Part shown: one piece after another, positions 39,701 to 48,538 of the stretch
Layout of the letters: each line of letters starts with the position of its first letter
Numbering within the stretch: the stretch's first letter is position 1
Origin: a virus
Virus record (IMG/VR): IMGVR_UViG_3300031841_005609
Span: 1 to 64,000 of that record
Direction: 5' to 3' (one strand)
DNA length: 64,000 nucleotides
Program-made: the position numbers and the translations under genes
Notes under the pieces: model-generated
Databases searched by the model: none
What the model was told of the DNA's origin: nothing
The model's input: the letters and a program-made list of their open reading frames with translations, nothing else

Positions 39701-41507
39701 CTATTCATGGAGATTCAGGGATGTAATGAACACTGAGAAAACATGTGCTTCCCTCGCCTCTCTCGGAATGATTCTATCACCCACATTCGTTCACAAATAC
39801 ATGAAAAACGGACGAATAGAAAAGCTTTCAGATGTCCATGACCTCTGGAAAGCTTGTGTTGTTGAAATGATGATAGAGGGCCCGCTAGAGTTCAGTAGAA
39901 CATCGCTTAAGAGTCCTACTGGTTCGGGATTTGGGTATAAGGTGTACACTAAATATAAAAAAATCTTCGGAGAATCAACTGTAGGTAGTTATAATCTTCT
40001 AGGTTCTCAAGACATAAATAACTTTTCAGCGAAAGTCATTGCGGAGCTAGCACCTTACATCAACAGTCATAAGGGAAGCCTTAAGTCTGTGACTGAATTT
40101 ATCAATCTCCACGCCTCTTATATGGATCCCTTGAGAAGCTTCGTAGAGGTTTTTAAGGATAGCAGCTCATTTTTATCTGAAAGCTATCCTGACCATCTAG
40201 CATGTTCTTATTCTTCTCCCGGACAGTTTCTAAAGAGCCTTATGAGGCTCGATAAGATGAGAACTGCAGTCTCTGCTGCACCCGACGAAGATGATAACTT
40301 CTTTTTTAGAGAAAGAATCGATCCTAAAATGTGGATGTTAGTTGAAAAATTTATAGACTATGCTGAGGAGAACATTCCGGAATTCGATCAGAAAAAAATA
40401 GTTTTTTACGGAACAACTCCTGGATCTTTTTACGAAGCTTTATCAAACTTTACTGACGAATCTCCGGAGTTCGGAAACTGGCCTGCTGAGTCTAATTACG
40501 TTCCAATAAAGACAATCTTTAACGTTAAGAAAACAAACCCGCTTGACGAGAACATTGATTTTTCGAACCCAGAAGAAGACATACCAGATGTTGATTTGAA
40601 TATAATACTAGATGAAACAGCTGTCTTGAGCAGCGTCAGTGCAGATTCATCCTGGGAAGAGATAGCCAATTCTGTTATATTCATATCTCCGACGCAGGCC
40701 TTGTCTTACGACAAGATACCTAGCGTGAAAAAAAATTCTCCTAGTTCCATTTTGTCTCACTTTAGAGAAACAATAGGCTTTTCAGTCAACAGTATTCTAG
40801 AAAGTCAAAACATCTCAGATGACGAAGAAGAAAAGTTGAAGCAAATGGCAAGAAGAAAACTAGGAGACTTTTGTTATAAATTTTTAATAAATTCCATTTA
40901 TTCTCTAGAGCTCAGAGACGAAAAAATAATCAGAGAAAACGTCAAGGGCTTAATAAAGAATCCCTCTGTTGGGGGTGAAGATTTTGTCGCAAAGTTTAGA
41001 AATTCTCTTAGCTCGATAGATGTCGATCTCAAAGATATTTTTGAAAAACTTACTTCTAGTAAAGCTAAACATATTACAGAGCCCAAAGGGTTTGATGGAA
41101 ACAGTATAACTCAGTCCAGCGGACTCAGAAGAGCTAGAATGCCCATGGGAACCGAACTAAAGAGAAGTCTCAAACCTTCAGCCAAGATCTCTGCTAACGG
41201 AACTCCTTATATAGCTCCCCCAGATCTCAATGATCAAGAAATCTACGTAGGAGACATTCTTTTCTCTTCTTTGTTCATGTATGATCACAGGCTTTTGTTT
41301 GGAACTCCTTTGTTTGAAGATATCGTAAGCGTTGAATTTGACAATGAGAACACAAAATGCATTCCGAGGTTCGACGGAAGATATCTAGCTAATCCTGATA
41401 ACGGAACTCCTCACCCTGGGCTTGAAGACTTGGCAAATTCTCGAACAGTTAAGGTAATACGACCCGAGGTCTTCATCTCTCTTCAATCACTCTCGTCAGT
41501 TATTTAA
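36723..41507 (+). CDS. Large hypothetical protein (1594 aa), probably virion-associated
   Basis: GAGGT SD; located within the structural block; no recognisable domain. Confidence 0.55.
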   Translation: MSLNNKDTKDTGQKILRSTLSQVYKAALDKNFIVEGKALDDTDIEEPSIIIRDLSDQAQKGFDNNHLPGDMVDISSTILAGDRILSHVFSLDLDLNTLSFLRETMKSLRIEKEIENQLGLEILRKFYQSDPAFLTGLIAQFQNNFEENFSKVKFLGIETSFFTRMNLSTNKSSVYYGSRVPGTVSYDFLEAGIDDIHRSVYSSNFGPYTLLFASNLNSKDKFNFKDQYKEELQHILNDMSGKSPSQRFFPAGDSPVSFPPPHSKSTLTSIMYQHLHDASFSLNHGVSPYSWNSLGYEIQEISSGDSHNNHENLEGDLPPLLRDLGYNKDLVEMRNSSYPSREELQVLSVATATNQEPPNSIESVFEKTGIDATKEDFVIDINNNVSVPHIGSNSGPSLDISSPSAPGSRVMEWLNEGEPFGGENSIARLGRISSVIASEIQMSAGISSLPEHMYDPKEGNTEPLGDKIFGEFKERMNLLNEVSTKAPGILFPIVPEKGHVYFYERAIRFKDFQGSQNGKDLTTEYITPYVAATRRFDRSDIVSDLDEVVQSQDERAKRLWDNISGLNQYSSNEDLLSDEQLDHASSAYLHVSSRNSLVGSRSPEHVSSIVLEIFQSLHSFIYNRRQLSVGENFKKSNLPKRILSQMHGLMLTSKGSNNQLTFSNKKKLRNCIIAAVVNRDMVRAMDNIPVGMEIDTYMNEVLGEYSTKRRIGYTKAMIRRHTTQINLLSSTPDVHLDAKIARSDNLRYNVARYVAWSLNQGIHTFTNFHKINKVTFAYGGDPALPHLRRNQPESAKTYNRVGDFVAYIAGDILDNSTTLNAEADTFAQVDPTAITTKYDLYDMIIRAVDRIDESIGRTIDSSKSQNLVDSEVSEQSDLFAPNYFHSDAGITRASGFDRSLLIALVVDAVAELLGASFKSNLFVKFENSAWQFRGFYDEGNINPNNGKYAYEKPCAIEIFPKGLDLHPFRNRKAKIGEVQDKIKWPYDPAVASDYSWRFRDVMNTEKTCASLASLGMILSPTFVHKYMKNGRIEKLSDVHDLWKACVVEMMIEGPLEFSRTSLKSPTGSGFGYKVYTKYKKIFGESTVGSYNLLGSQDINNFSAKVIAELAPYINSHKGSLKSVTEFINLHASYMDPLRSFVEVFKDSSSFLSESYPDHLACSYSSPGQFLKSLMRLDKMRTAVSAAPDEDDNFFFRERIDPKMWMLVEKFIDYAEENIPEFDQKKIVFYGTTPGSFYEALSNFTDESPEFGNWPAESNYVPIKTIFNVKKTNPLDENIDFSNPEEDIPDVDLNIILDETAVLSSVSADSSWEEIANSVIFISPTQALSYDKIPSVKKNSPSSILSHFRETIGFSVNSILESQNISDDEEEKLKQMARRKLGDFCYKFLINSIYSLELRDEKIIRENVKGLIKNPSVGGEDFVAKFRNSLSSIDVDLKDIFEKLTSSKAKHITEPKGFDGNSITQSSGLRRARMPMGTELKRSLKPSAKISANGTPYIAPPDLNDQEIYVGDILFSSLFMYDHRLLFGTPLFEDIVSVEFDNENTKCIPRFDGRYLANPDNGTPHPGLEDLANSRTVKVIRPEVFISLQSLSSVI

Positions 41508-41526
41508 TCAAACACAGGTATTTTTT

Positions 41527-43353
41527 ATGTCAGTAAAGAAAAATCCGAGGCCCTTCGTCATATATGATCTACCTAGACCTTCACCTGCAATCCTAGAACC
41601 TGTATATAGTTTTTTCACACCGGATGAAAGAGTAGAAGTAGAAGGAAATCAATTTCAAGGATTTGCTGGAGAAGCACAAGGTGAAGTTTATGTAAAGCCC
41701 AACGGCGAAATTATAAAAGAAGACAACACCAGAGATCGAACTCCTCGATTCATTAAGATACATCTCGAAGAGCCGAATTTTTCTGGAATAGGTTCTCTCT
41801 CCATTCCGGGACAGATCGCAAACTTAGAACCTTCAGACTTAAACTTTCCGGAGCTTTCAAATTCACCCTATGATATATCTCTTGTATTTAACGACTCTAC
41901 TAGTTACAAGAGAGTTAAGAATAAGCTTTCTACAGTCATGAGACTAAAAGGCTTTTCAGAGGGAGCCGAGAGCGAAGAATCTGTAGAAAGTTTCTTTAGT
42001 ACGTTTTCTGAATTGCCTTCAAATCTAAAGAGCAAGATAAAAGACAACATAGACTATGACCTAGCTGCAGGCGTATCAGTAAACTCACTGACCTATGACG
42101 ATGCCACGGAATTCTATAGAAATGTCCAGTCAGCTCTCTATAGAGGTAAAGTTGACATTAGATATATGCATCAAATGATAGGCTACGATCATCAGTCAAG
42201 CACTTTAAGGAACTCTGTTTATCAGGGGTGGATTGATGACTTTGACCCTTTTCCAGTCCCAAAGATCGATAGCCCTCTCTTAAGAGATGTCACCTTAGTA
42301 CCGGCAGGAGTTCCATCTCAAGAAGATTCAGTAAAGACAGACTATGATCTTTCTTTTGTCGGGTACATCATAGAGAGATATTCGGGATCATCAACTATTC
42401 TTGACAATGAGCCCGATGCAATTTATAAAATAGACACACCGTCTGCCGGAGTATTCATAGATACAGAAGTCTTATACGGTATACCTTACACATACACCCT
42501 AAGATACATTTTCAAGATCAGCTATGGAATACCTGACCAATTTTTGCCTGACAAGTCTACTAGGTATACTAATTTCTTAACAAGCGAATTAAGCGACCCT
42601 GCTTCGACAAGCATTATCGACAGAGAACCGCCAGATGAACCTGAAGCTGTCTTTTATAGATTTAATTTTATGAATAAAAAAGGTCTCTTCATAACCTGGC
42701 AATTGCCGACAACACCGCAAAGAGACGTTAAATATTTTCAAATCTTTCGAAGATCCAGCATGGATGAACCTTTTACATGTATCGGCGAGATAGATTTTGA
42801 TAACTCTTTCGTAAAGACTGCTCGAACAGAAAAAGTTAGAGAGGACAGAGTTATAAAGAAAAAAGGCTCGTTTTCTTTTTTTGAAGACCCGGACTTTAAG
42901 AATGACAGTTCTTTTATATACGCAGTCGCTGCAGTAGATGCTCATGGTTTTACGTCAGGTTATAGCGCACAAACTCGAGTTTCTTTTATAAAGCATTCAA
43001 ATTCTTTGTCTTTGACTCCCATTTCCATAGGCGGAGCTCCAAAGCAGTATCCTAATTTTTACATGGATCCGGATGAAGATCCGAACACTTTTGTCAACAC
43101 AATAACCCAGGATACCATAAAAACTAGCGGATTTAAAAAACTTACTATTTATTTCGATCCAGATGCACGATACATAAAGCAATCTGAGATTGAGGGAGTC
43201 AAGCACGTTTTTCCTTGTGAGAACGGAGGTTCTAACTTTTCTCCTAACTCTCCCGAAGGTGTCTTCAAAATGACTTTTCTAGATATAGATAGACAGAAGT
43301 CAAAAACTTTGGAGCTAGGAATCACAGAGGCACCAGAGGAAATCTTTAGTTAG
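41527..43353 (+). CDS. Fibronectin type III-like structural protein
   Basis: VGYIIERY...FIDTEVLYGIPYTY and PPDEP...LFITWQLP...YFQIFRR...YAVAAVDAHGFTSGYS. Confidence 0.65.
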   Translation: MSVKKNPRPFVIYDLPRPSPAILEPVYSFFTPDERVEVEGNQFQGFAGEAQGEVYVKPNGEIIKEDNTRDRTPRFIKIHLEEPNFSGIGSLSIPGQIANLEPSDLNFPELSNSPYDISLVFNDSTSYKRVKNKLSTVMRLKGFSEGAESEESVESFFSTFSELPSNLKSKIKDNIDYDLAAGVSVNSLTYDDATEFYRNVQSALYRGKVDIRYMHQMIGYDHQSSTLRNSVYQGWIDDFDPFPVPKIDSPLLRDVTLVPAGVPSQEDSVKTDYDLSFVGYIIERYSGSSTILDNEPDAIYKIDTPSAGVFIDTEVLYGIPYTYTLRYIFKISYGIPDQFLPDKSTRYTNFLTSELSDPASTSIIDREPPDEPEAVFYRFNFMNKKGLFITWQLPTTPQRDVKYFQIFRRSSMDEPFTCIGEIDFDNSFVKTARTEKVREDRVIKKKGSFSFFEDPDFKNDSSFIYAVAAVDAHGFTSGYSAQTRVSFIKHSNSLSLTPISIGGAPKQYPNFYMDPDEDPNTFVNTITQDTIKTSGFKKLTIYFDPDARYIKQSEIEGVKHVFPCENGGSNFSPNSPEGVFKMTFLDIDRQKSKTLELGITEAPEEIFS

Positions 43354-43379
43354 TAGTTTACCGATACTAGAGAAGCAAT

Positions 43380-43424
43380 ATATTTATCAGAGAGATTCGT
43401 TTTGAAAAACAGTTTTCAAAAATC
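43380..43424 (+). promoter_or_regulatory. Putative late promoter ATATTTA followed by a 5' stem-loop
   Basis: ATATTTA at 43380-43386; inverted repeat TTTTGAAAA (43400-43408)/TTTTCAAAA (43413-43421); SD AGGAG at 43425. Confidence 0.5.
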
Positions 43425-43435
43425 AGGAGACATCA

Positions 43436-44137
43436 ATGGGATTTTTAGATCATTCCACTAACAACATTATAATAGACGCAGTTTTAACAGATAAGGGCAG
43501 ACAGCGTCTTGCTGAAAATAACGGACAATTTAGCATTCAGTTCTTCTCTCTTGCCGATGATGAAGTTGACTACGGAATCATAAAGAAGTTTGGAAGAATA
43601 GTCGGCAAAGAAAAGATCGTAAAAAACACTCCGATCTTCGAAGCGCAGACAAAACAAAATTCAGCGCTTAAGTACAGGATGCTCACTCTTCCTGACCCTA
43701 CTATCTTTAAGATGCCTTCTATGTCTCTGGTTACTGTCAACACCTCAAACGTAGTTTCTTTTTCTGGGACAGTAGTAGGTGGAAATTTAGCGACTCAAAA
43801 CATTGTAATAAAACAGGCTATCGGGAACGAACAGGATCTTCCTCCGAATCTAAACGATTCTTCTTACACTGTCTATGTCAACGACAGGTTTGTGTCCGTT
43901 TCGGGTAACCCTCTAGGATCTCCGGATCCGATGACGAAAATAAGAGCTTATACAGTCTTCTCTGAAGACACAGGCACTGTAAGCTTTGATATAGAACCAG
44001 TACCAACAAATCAACTTACTTCTACTGTTTTTGCCACATATGGAGTTTCAGGAACAATAACAACACCGGTTTCTGTAGTAGGTGATCAAACAGGTCTTAG
44101 GCTTGATTTTAAAGTTGCAATAAGCCAAGGAAGCTGA
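43436..44137 (+). CDS. Virion structural protein
   Basis: Strong SD; IIIDAVLTDKGRQRLA...FFSLADDEVDY...TPIFEA resembles a family seen in large myovirus baseplate regions. Confidence 0.6.
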   Translation: MGFLDHSTNNIIIDAVLTDKGRQRLAENNGQFSIQFFSLADDEVDYGIIKKFGRIVGKEKIVKNTPIFEAQTKQNSALKYRMLTLPDPTIFKMPSMSLVTVNTSNVVSFSGTVVGGNLATQNIVIKQAIGNEQDLPPNLNDSSYTVYVNDRFVSVSGNPLGSPDPMTKIRAYTVFSEDTGTVSFDIEPVPTNQLTSTVFATYGVSGTITTPVSVVGDQTGLRLDFKVAISQGS

Positions 44138-44170
44138 TTTTTCTAAAGTCGAATTAGGAGCAAAAAAAAG

Positions 44171-45403
44171 ATGGCAATAGCAGGCGGCAGTTTTAAGAAG
44201 ATATCGCCCAACGATATTAAAACCAGACAAACAACCTTGAATCAACTGGTTGATGTAATACAAGAAGATGTCTCAGGATCCAATACTCGACGAAAATACC
44301 AAGTCTTTGTTACTGGCGGCGTCGGCCCTGGAGTGACCAGCTCTCTTTATCAGACAGTTTACGACCAGAACTTTACTCTTCAGACAGCAAACCCAATATT
44401 TGACATGACTGTGGGAATCAATGAAAACTCTTCTACAGTCACAGGAAATGCATCAGAGGATGGTTCAACGAAAAAGACTTTTCCTTCTTCTTCACTCATG
44501 ATGAGAGAAAAGATCGATATCTATCGACAGCACGCAGCATGGCTTCTTGGCAATGCAGATTCTCAGTTTAAAGCTCCGTTTGGAAATTCTGATGCTTCGA
44601 CTATAAATCACGCTCTCTTTCTCGACATAAAAAGGCTTTTCTCTAGAGATGGATTGAAGCAAAACACGTTTGCAGCAAAAATGTATAGATCTGCGTCACT
44701 GGTTCTTTCGGGAGGCATGCCTCCTAACCTATGGACCACTTCTGAGCTAGGATCTACGATCTTTACAGATAATCCTGCCGTTACAACAGACTACCAAGGT
44801 TCGAAAGTAGGAGACATCAAGAATTCAGCAAATGCTAGTGAAGAAGCAGTTGGATTGATCTTCTACGACAAGGGTGCGGTTGTCCTAGACATGGACAAGG
44901 TTTTCTCAGGATCTCAAAGAATGTCCGGCACTATGAAGGCCATGTCAAACGTATCATCTGTGAACGGAGACACAGTCTCTGCTGGATATACCATCCTAGG
45001 AGCTAAAGGCACTGCATCTCCTGCTGCGAAATTTATACCTGACTTTTTGGTTTCTGGATCCGTCGATCAGATAATTGATCACATTGCTTCTACCCGATTC
45101 TCTTCGGGAAGTTTGACTTCCATGACATTCCAAAACAAAACTAGTATTAACTCAACATTGATCTTCTGTAGAGCAACAGCCGACGAGTTTAACTACTCTT
45201 CGAACCCCACATTTACAGACGAGAACGGAAACATCGTCGTAATAGACGAGGCTCAAAATGAAATTCAGAGATCCTTTACTTTTCCAACAACTGTAGGTCT
45301 TCACGATCAGTTTGGCGACACCCTCGCAGTTGCAAAATTCTCTAGACCAATAGAGAAGAATGACGAAAAAGACATAACTTTTAGAATTAGACTTGACTTC
45401 TAG
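44171..45403 (+). CDS. Baseplate/tail-fibre attachment protein
   Basis: C-terminal EFNYSSNPT...TVGLHDQFGDTLAVAKFSRPIEK...RIRLDF (tail-collar/DUF3751-like motif). Confidence 0.6.
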   Translation: MAIAGGSFKKISPNDIKTRQTTLNQLVDVIQEDVSGSNTRRKYQVFVTGGVGPGVTSSLYQTVYDQNFTLQTANPIFDMTVGINENSSTVTGNASEDGSTKKTFPSSSLMMREKIDIYRQHAAWLLGNADSQFKAPFGNSDASTINHALFLDIKRLFSRDGLKQNTFAAKMYRSASLVLSGGMPPNLWTTSELGSTIFTDNPAVTTDYQGSKVGDIKNSANASEEAVGLIFYDKGAVVLDMDKVFSGSQRMSGTMKAMSNVSSVNGDTVSAGYTILGAKGTASPAAKFIPDFLVSGSVDQIIDHIASTRFSSGSLTSMTFQNKTSINSTLIFCRATADEFNYSSNPTFTDENGNIVVIDEAQNEIQRSFTFPTTVGLHDQFGDTLAVAKFSRPIEKNDEKDITFRIRLDF

Positions 45404-45456
45404 AAGTTTAACAAGAGACCTCTTCTCTATGCGAATCGCTTCTAGGAAAAAAGGCT

Positions 45457-47955
45457 ATGTCGATCATAAAATTTTCACGTGACAACTTCGAAAATTATGA
45501 ACTAGTCGCTCGACCTGAAAAAGTATTTAGATCATCTTCTGACGGAGGCCTAGAAGGAGATATTCTTCTCATGAAGGATGCTTCTCCGAGCCTGAAAGAT
45601 ATTTCTAGAAAAGAAGTCGTAACAAGCTCCATAAAAAAGGGGAAGACCTGGAAAGGTCTAAATCAGTATGATGATTCTGTCTCCGATAGTTTCGTAGACC
45701 TTTTTTCTGCAGGAGGTCCTGCATCAGAAGAAGCCCTTAGACTTGTAAATCAGACAAAAACAGGTCTCAGATACAGAAAGCGTCAGGAGATTTTCAGGAC
45801 TATTCCAGGGACTCAGTTTAACAAAACTTATCTTAAGAAAAGAGTTGTCAAGAATAACTTAATGCCTTACTATAGAGCGTTCTACGAATCTATGGAGTGG
45901 GCTTATACAAACTATCATTGCTTAAACTTTTTTGAAAACACTAACGTTCCTTCTGAGTCTGCTTTGATCTATCCTGCTTTGACAGAATCGTCAGGAGAAA
46001 GTTCATACGCTCCTTCCTCCAGTTTTACGATAGAGTTTTACGTAAAACCGAGAGAAAACAGTGATGCTATAAGGGCAGGCTCAGAAGTTTCTCCTGGAAC
46101 GATACTTCACATGTCATCTTGCTATGCGGTCAGTCTTGTTACAGGTTCTTCTACTGGTCCGGACGGAAAGCCTGATGGGTATAGAGTATTACTTCAACTA
46201 AGTGAAAGCGCGGACATAAACCCATCTAATTGCATAGTCTCAAGTAATCAAGTGTCTGCGGGGAACACGAGCTGTGACAAGAGCTTCATATTCGCCTCAT
46301 CAGACAACTCTCTTTCTAGAGATGTTTGGAGTCATGTTGCAATAAGGTGGCCCGGGTCGTCTAACAACATGGGATCGGGTTCTTTTGTAATTAACGGAAA
46401 GAAAGATTCTGATTTTGTAATAACATCTTCTATTGTCATGCAGACAACCACATCTATTGGCTCTAACCTAGGTAATCCTGATGCTGTTTTTATCGGAAAC
46501 TATTTTAGCGGAGAAAATTCAGGAAACTCTACAATCGCTAGGTTCTTTAACAATACTGCAGGAAGAGACGAAGGTGTTTCTCCGATCCTCAGTGGAGCAC
46601 TAGGCGATATCGCAGATCCCGTTGGTTTCAAGTTCACTTCTCCTCTAAGGGCTGAGCTTCACGAAATAAAGATATTTGATAAATTTAGAAGCTTGCCCAA
46701 TATCAACAAAGATATGAAAACCGGCGTGAGCAAGATCGGATCAAGTCTTAAGTTTTATGTACCACCTTTCTTTATAAAGGAATCTAGAAGGAGAAACATT
46801 CTTCAGACTCCGTTTTTCACAGAGGTCGGTAAGACTGATGATCCTTTTAACATTCCTCTTTCTTTTGGACTTGGGTCTTTAGACATAAACGTCGAAAATT
46901 TCGTGAGAGAGATGGTTAAAAAAGAGTACCCAAGGCTCTGGAATTTAACAGCATCTGCTGACAACTCAGTAGCTTACGAAGAGGGGAAGACTTCAAACGA
47001 TGTAATCTATGGTCGACAGGGTTCTGCTAGAAAAAGGTTGAGAACAGTAATGCCCTGTGATAACGGAATGTTCTATCCTGACTTTTCTTTTTTAAAGACT
47101 GGATCGAACAGCTCGAGCAAGTTCACAGACAGCTATGGTTCTACTAGACTTGACCTAATAAGTCTGGAATCTATGGTGACTCCTAGCACTCTGTTAAAGG
47201 ATCTTGCCATCTTGGACGACTCTATATCTAGGACTCCCGGAGGAGATGGTTCTTTAGTGGGGGGACCTGCCTGGGGACAGATATCTGACGAAGGTTCCTC
47301 TCCTTTCGGCCCGAAATACTTTTTAAATGATCTTGTCGGAGCAAACCCACAGGACCCATCACTAGCCCCGGGAGCAATTCTTTCAGTCCTGCAAAGAACT
47401 GGAGACCCAAGCTCGAGTGAAGTTGTGATGTTTGATATATCCAATATGTTTTACGGAGATTCGATCACACCAGGCTCTCTTTTGATAGAAGATTTAGCAC
47501 CAACGGGATCTGAGGGAAGCTTTACTTTAAAGGTAAGAGATAACTCATATGGTAATCTATACAGGGCTGATGTGAAGAATCCCGAGAAGGCAGCAAGGTG
47601 GGCGTCTGTCGGTAACGTTTTTTACGAAGAAGGAATCGTGCTAATCAAGTCTCCTCATCTAGCTTTTTTCGGAAAAGAAGACTTTAGAATAACTTTCAAG
47701 GGAGAGAAAACTGTTTACGTTCTCGAGATAATTGTACCAGTCGAAGCTTCAAAGCATAATTCCTCATCAAACCCCACATACAAAGATCTGTCTCCCACAG
47801 ACTATTCTAACGAGACCTCCAGAAAATTTACGTACATATCGTCTATTAACTTACATGATGACAATCTTAATGTTATAGGGAAAGCAAATTTAAGTCAGCC
47901 TTTCTTGAAAAGAAACGAAGACAAAGTCGTCATAAAGTTAAGGATGGATTTTTGA
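45457..47955 (+). CDS. Baseplate protein with LamG-like domain, C-terminus paralogous to 44171..45403
   Basis: FTIEFYVKP, WSHVAIRW, ELHEIKIF; C-terminal NSSSNPT...INLHDDNLNVIGKANLSQP...KLRMDF. Confidence 0.6.
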   Translation: MSIIKFSRDNFENYELVARPEKVFRSSSDGGLEGDILLMKDASPSLKDISRKEVVTSSIKKGKTWKGLNQYDDSVSDSFVDLFSAGGPASEEALRLVNQTKTGLRYRKRQEIFRTIPGTQFNKTYLKKRVVKNNLMPYYRAFYESMEWAYTNYHCLNFFENTNVPSESALIYPALTESSGESSYAPSSSFTIEFYVKPRENSDAIRAGSEVSPGTILHMSSCYAVSLVTGSSTGPDGKPDGYRVLLQLSESADINPSNCIVSSNQVSAGNTSCDKSFIFASSDNSLSRDVWSHVAIRWPGSSNNMGSGSFVINGKKDSDFVITSSIVMQTTTSIGSNLGNPDAVFIGNYFSGENSGNSTIARFFNNTAGRDEGVSPILSGALGDIADPVGFKFTSPLRAELHEIKIFDKFRSLPNINKDMKTGVSKIGSSLKFYVPPFFIKESRRRNILQTPFFTEVGKTDDPFNIPLSFGLGSLDINVENFVREMVKKEYPRLWNLTASADNSVAYEEGKTSNDVIYGRQGSARKRLRTVMPCDNGMFYPDFSFLKTGSNSSSKFTDSYGSTRLDLISLESMVTPSTLLKDLAILDDSISRTPGGDGSLVGGPAWGQISDEGSSPFGPKYFLNDLVGANPQDPSLAPGAILSVLQRTGDPSSSEVVMFDISNMFYGDSITPGSLLIEDLAPTGSEGSFTLKVRDNSYGNLYRADVKNPEKAARWASVGNVFYEEGIVLIKSPHLAFFGKEDFRITFKGEKTVYVLEIIVPVEASKHNSSSNPTYKDLSPTDYSNETSRKFTYISSINLHDDNLNVIGKANLSQPFLKRNEDKVVIKLRMDF

Positions 47956-48503
47956 TAATACTTGGACTAGATATATCAACATCAGTGACAGCCTACACAG
48001 TCTTAGACTCAGAAAGACCTCCAGGGCAAAGGCTTGTCCTTTCTGAAGGAATACACCTTTCTAAAATAAAAGATTCTTACGCCAAGTCCTGCAAGGTCAG
48101 GGATGAGTTTAGAAAGCTATCTGAGAAGTGGAAAGTTGACAAGATAATCGTAGAAGAGTCTTTACAGTCTTTTAGATCTGGTCTTTCTTCTGCGAAAACC
48201 CTTTCTGCCTTGACTAGATTTAATGGAATTGTAAGTTTTTTCGCTCAAGATATCTTTGAAGCCCCGTGTGAAAGAATAAACGTAAATTCAGCTCGCTCTA
48301 GACTCGGAATTAAGATAGACCGAAAGTCTTCTGTCTCTAGTAAGGAACAGGTTAGAGACTGGGTCATGAACCACGAAGACTTTAAGAACTTTCCGTGGCC
48401 TACAAAGACTTTGAAATCGGGACCAAGAAAAGGCCTTACAATATACGATGTTTCTTGTCAAGATATTGCAGATAGTGCCGTGATGGCTCTTTGTAGCACT
48501 TAA
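47952..48503 (+). CDS. ruvC: RuvC-like Holliday junction resolvase
   Basis: ILGLDISTS, IIVEE, LTRFNGIV, KEQV and DIADSAVMA supply the RNase H-fold catalytic D/E/D/D residues. Confidence 0.85.
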   Translation: MIILGLDISTSVTAYTVLDSERPPGQRLVLSEGIHLSKIKDSYAKSCKVRDEFRKLSEKWKVDKIIVEESLQSFRSGLSSAKTLSALTRFNGIVSFFAQDIFEAPCERINVNSARSRLGIKIDRKSSVSSKEQVRDWVMNHEDFKNFPWPTKTLKSGPRKGLTIYDVSCQDIADSAVMALCST

Positions 48504-48532
48504 TTGAACACTTCGCTCCTTAATCATATTAT
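48504..48532 (+). promoter_or_regulatory. Putative sigma70-type promoter TTGAAC-N17-TATTAT, probably leaderless
   Basis: Fills the intergenic gap; in-frame ATG 48539 lies 7 nt after the -10 box. Confidence 0.55.
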
Positions 48533-48538
48533 TCATTG

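Noticed and set aside
36723-41507. Tape measure protein call for the 1594-aa ORF
   Set aside because: It lacks the Ala/Gly-rich periodic repeats typical of tape measures, and no sheath, tube or chaperone genes are adjacent.
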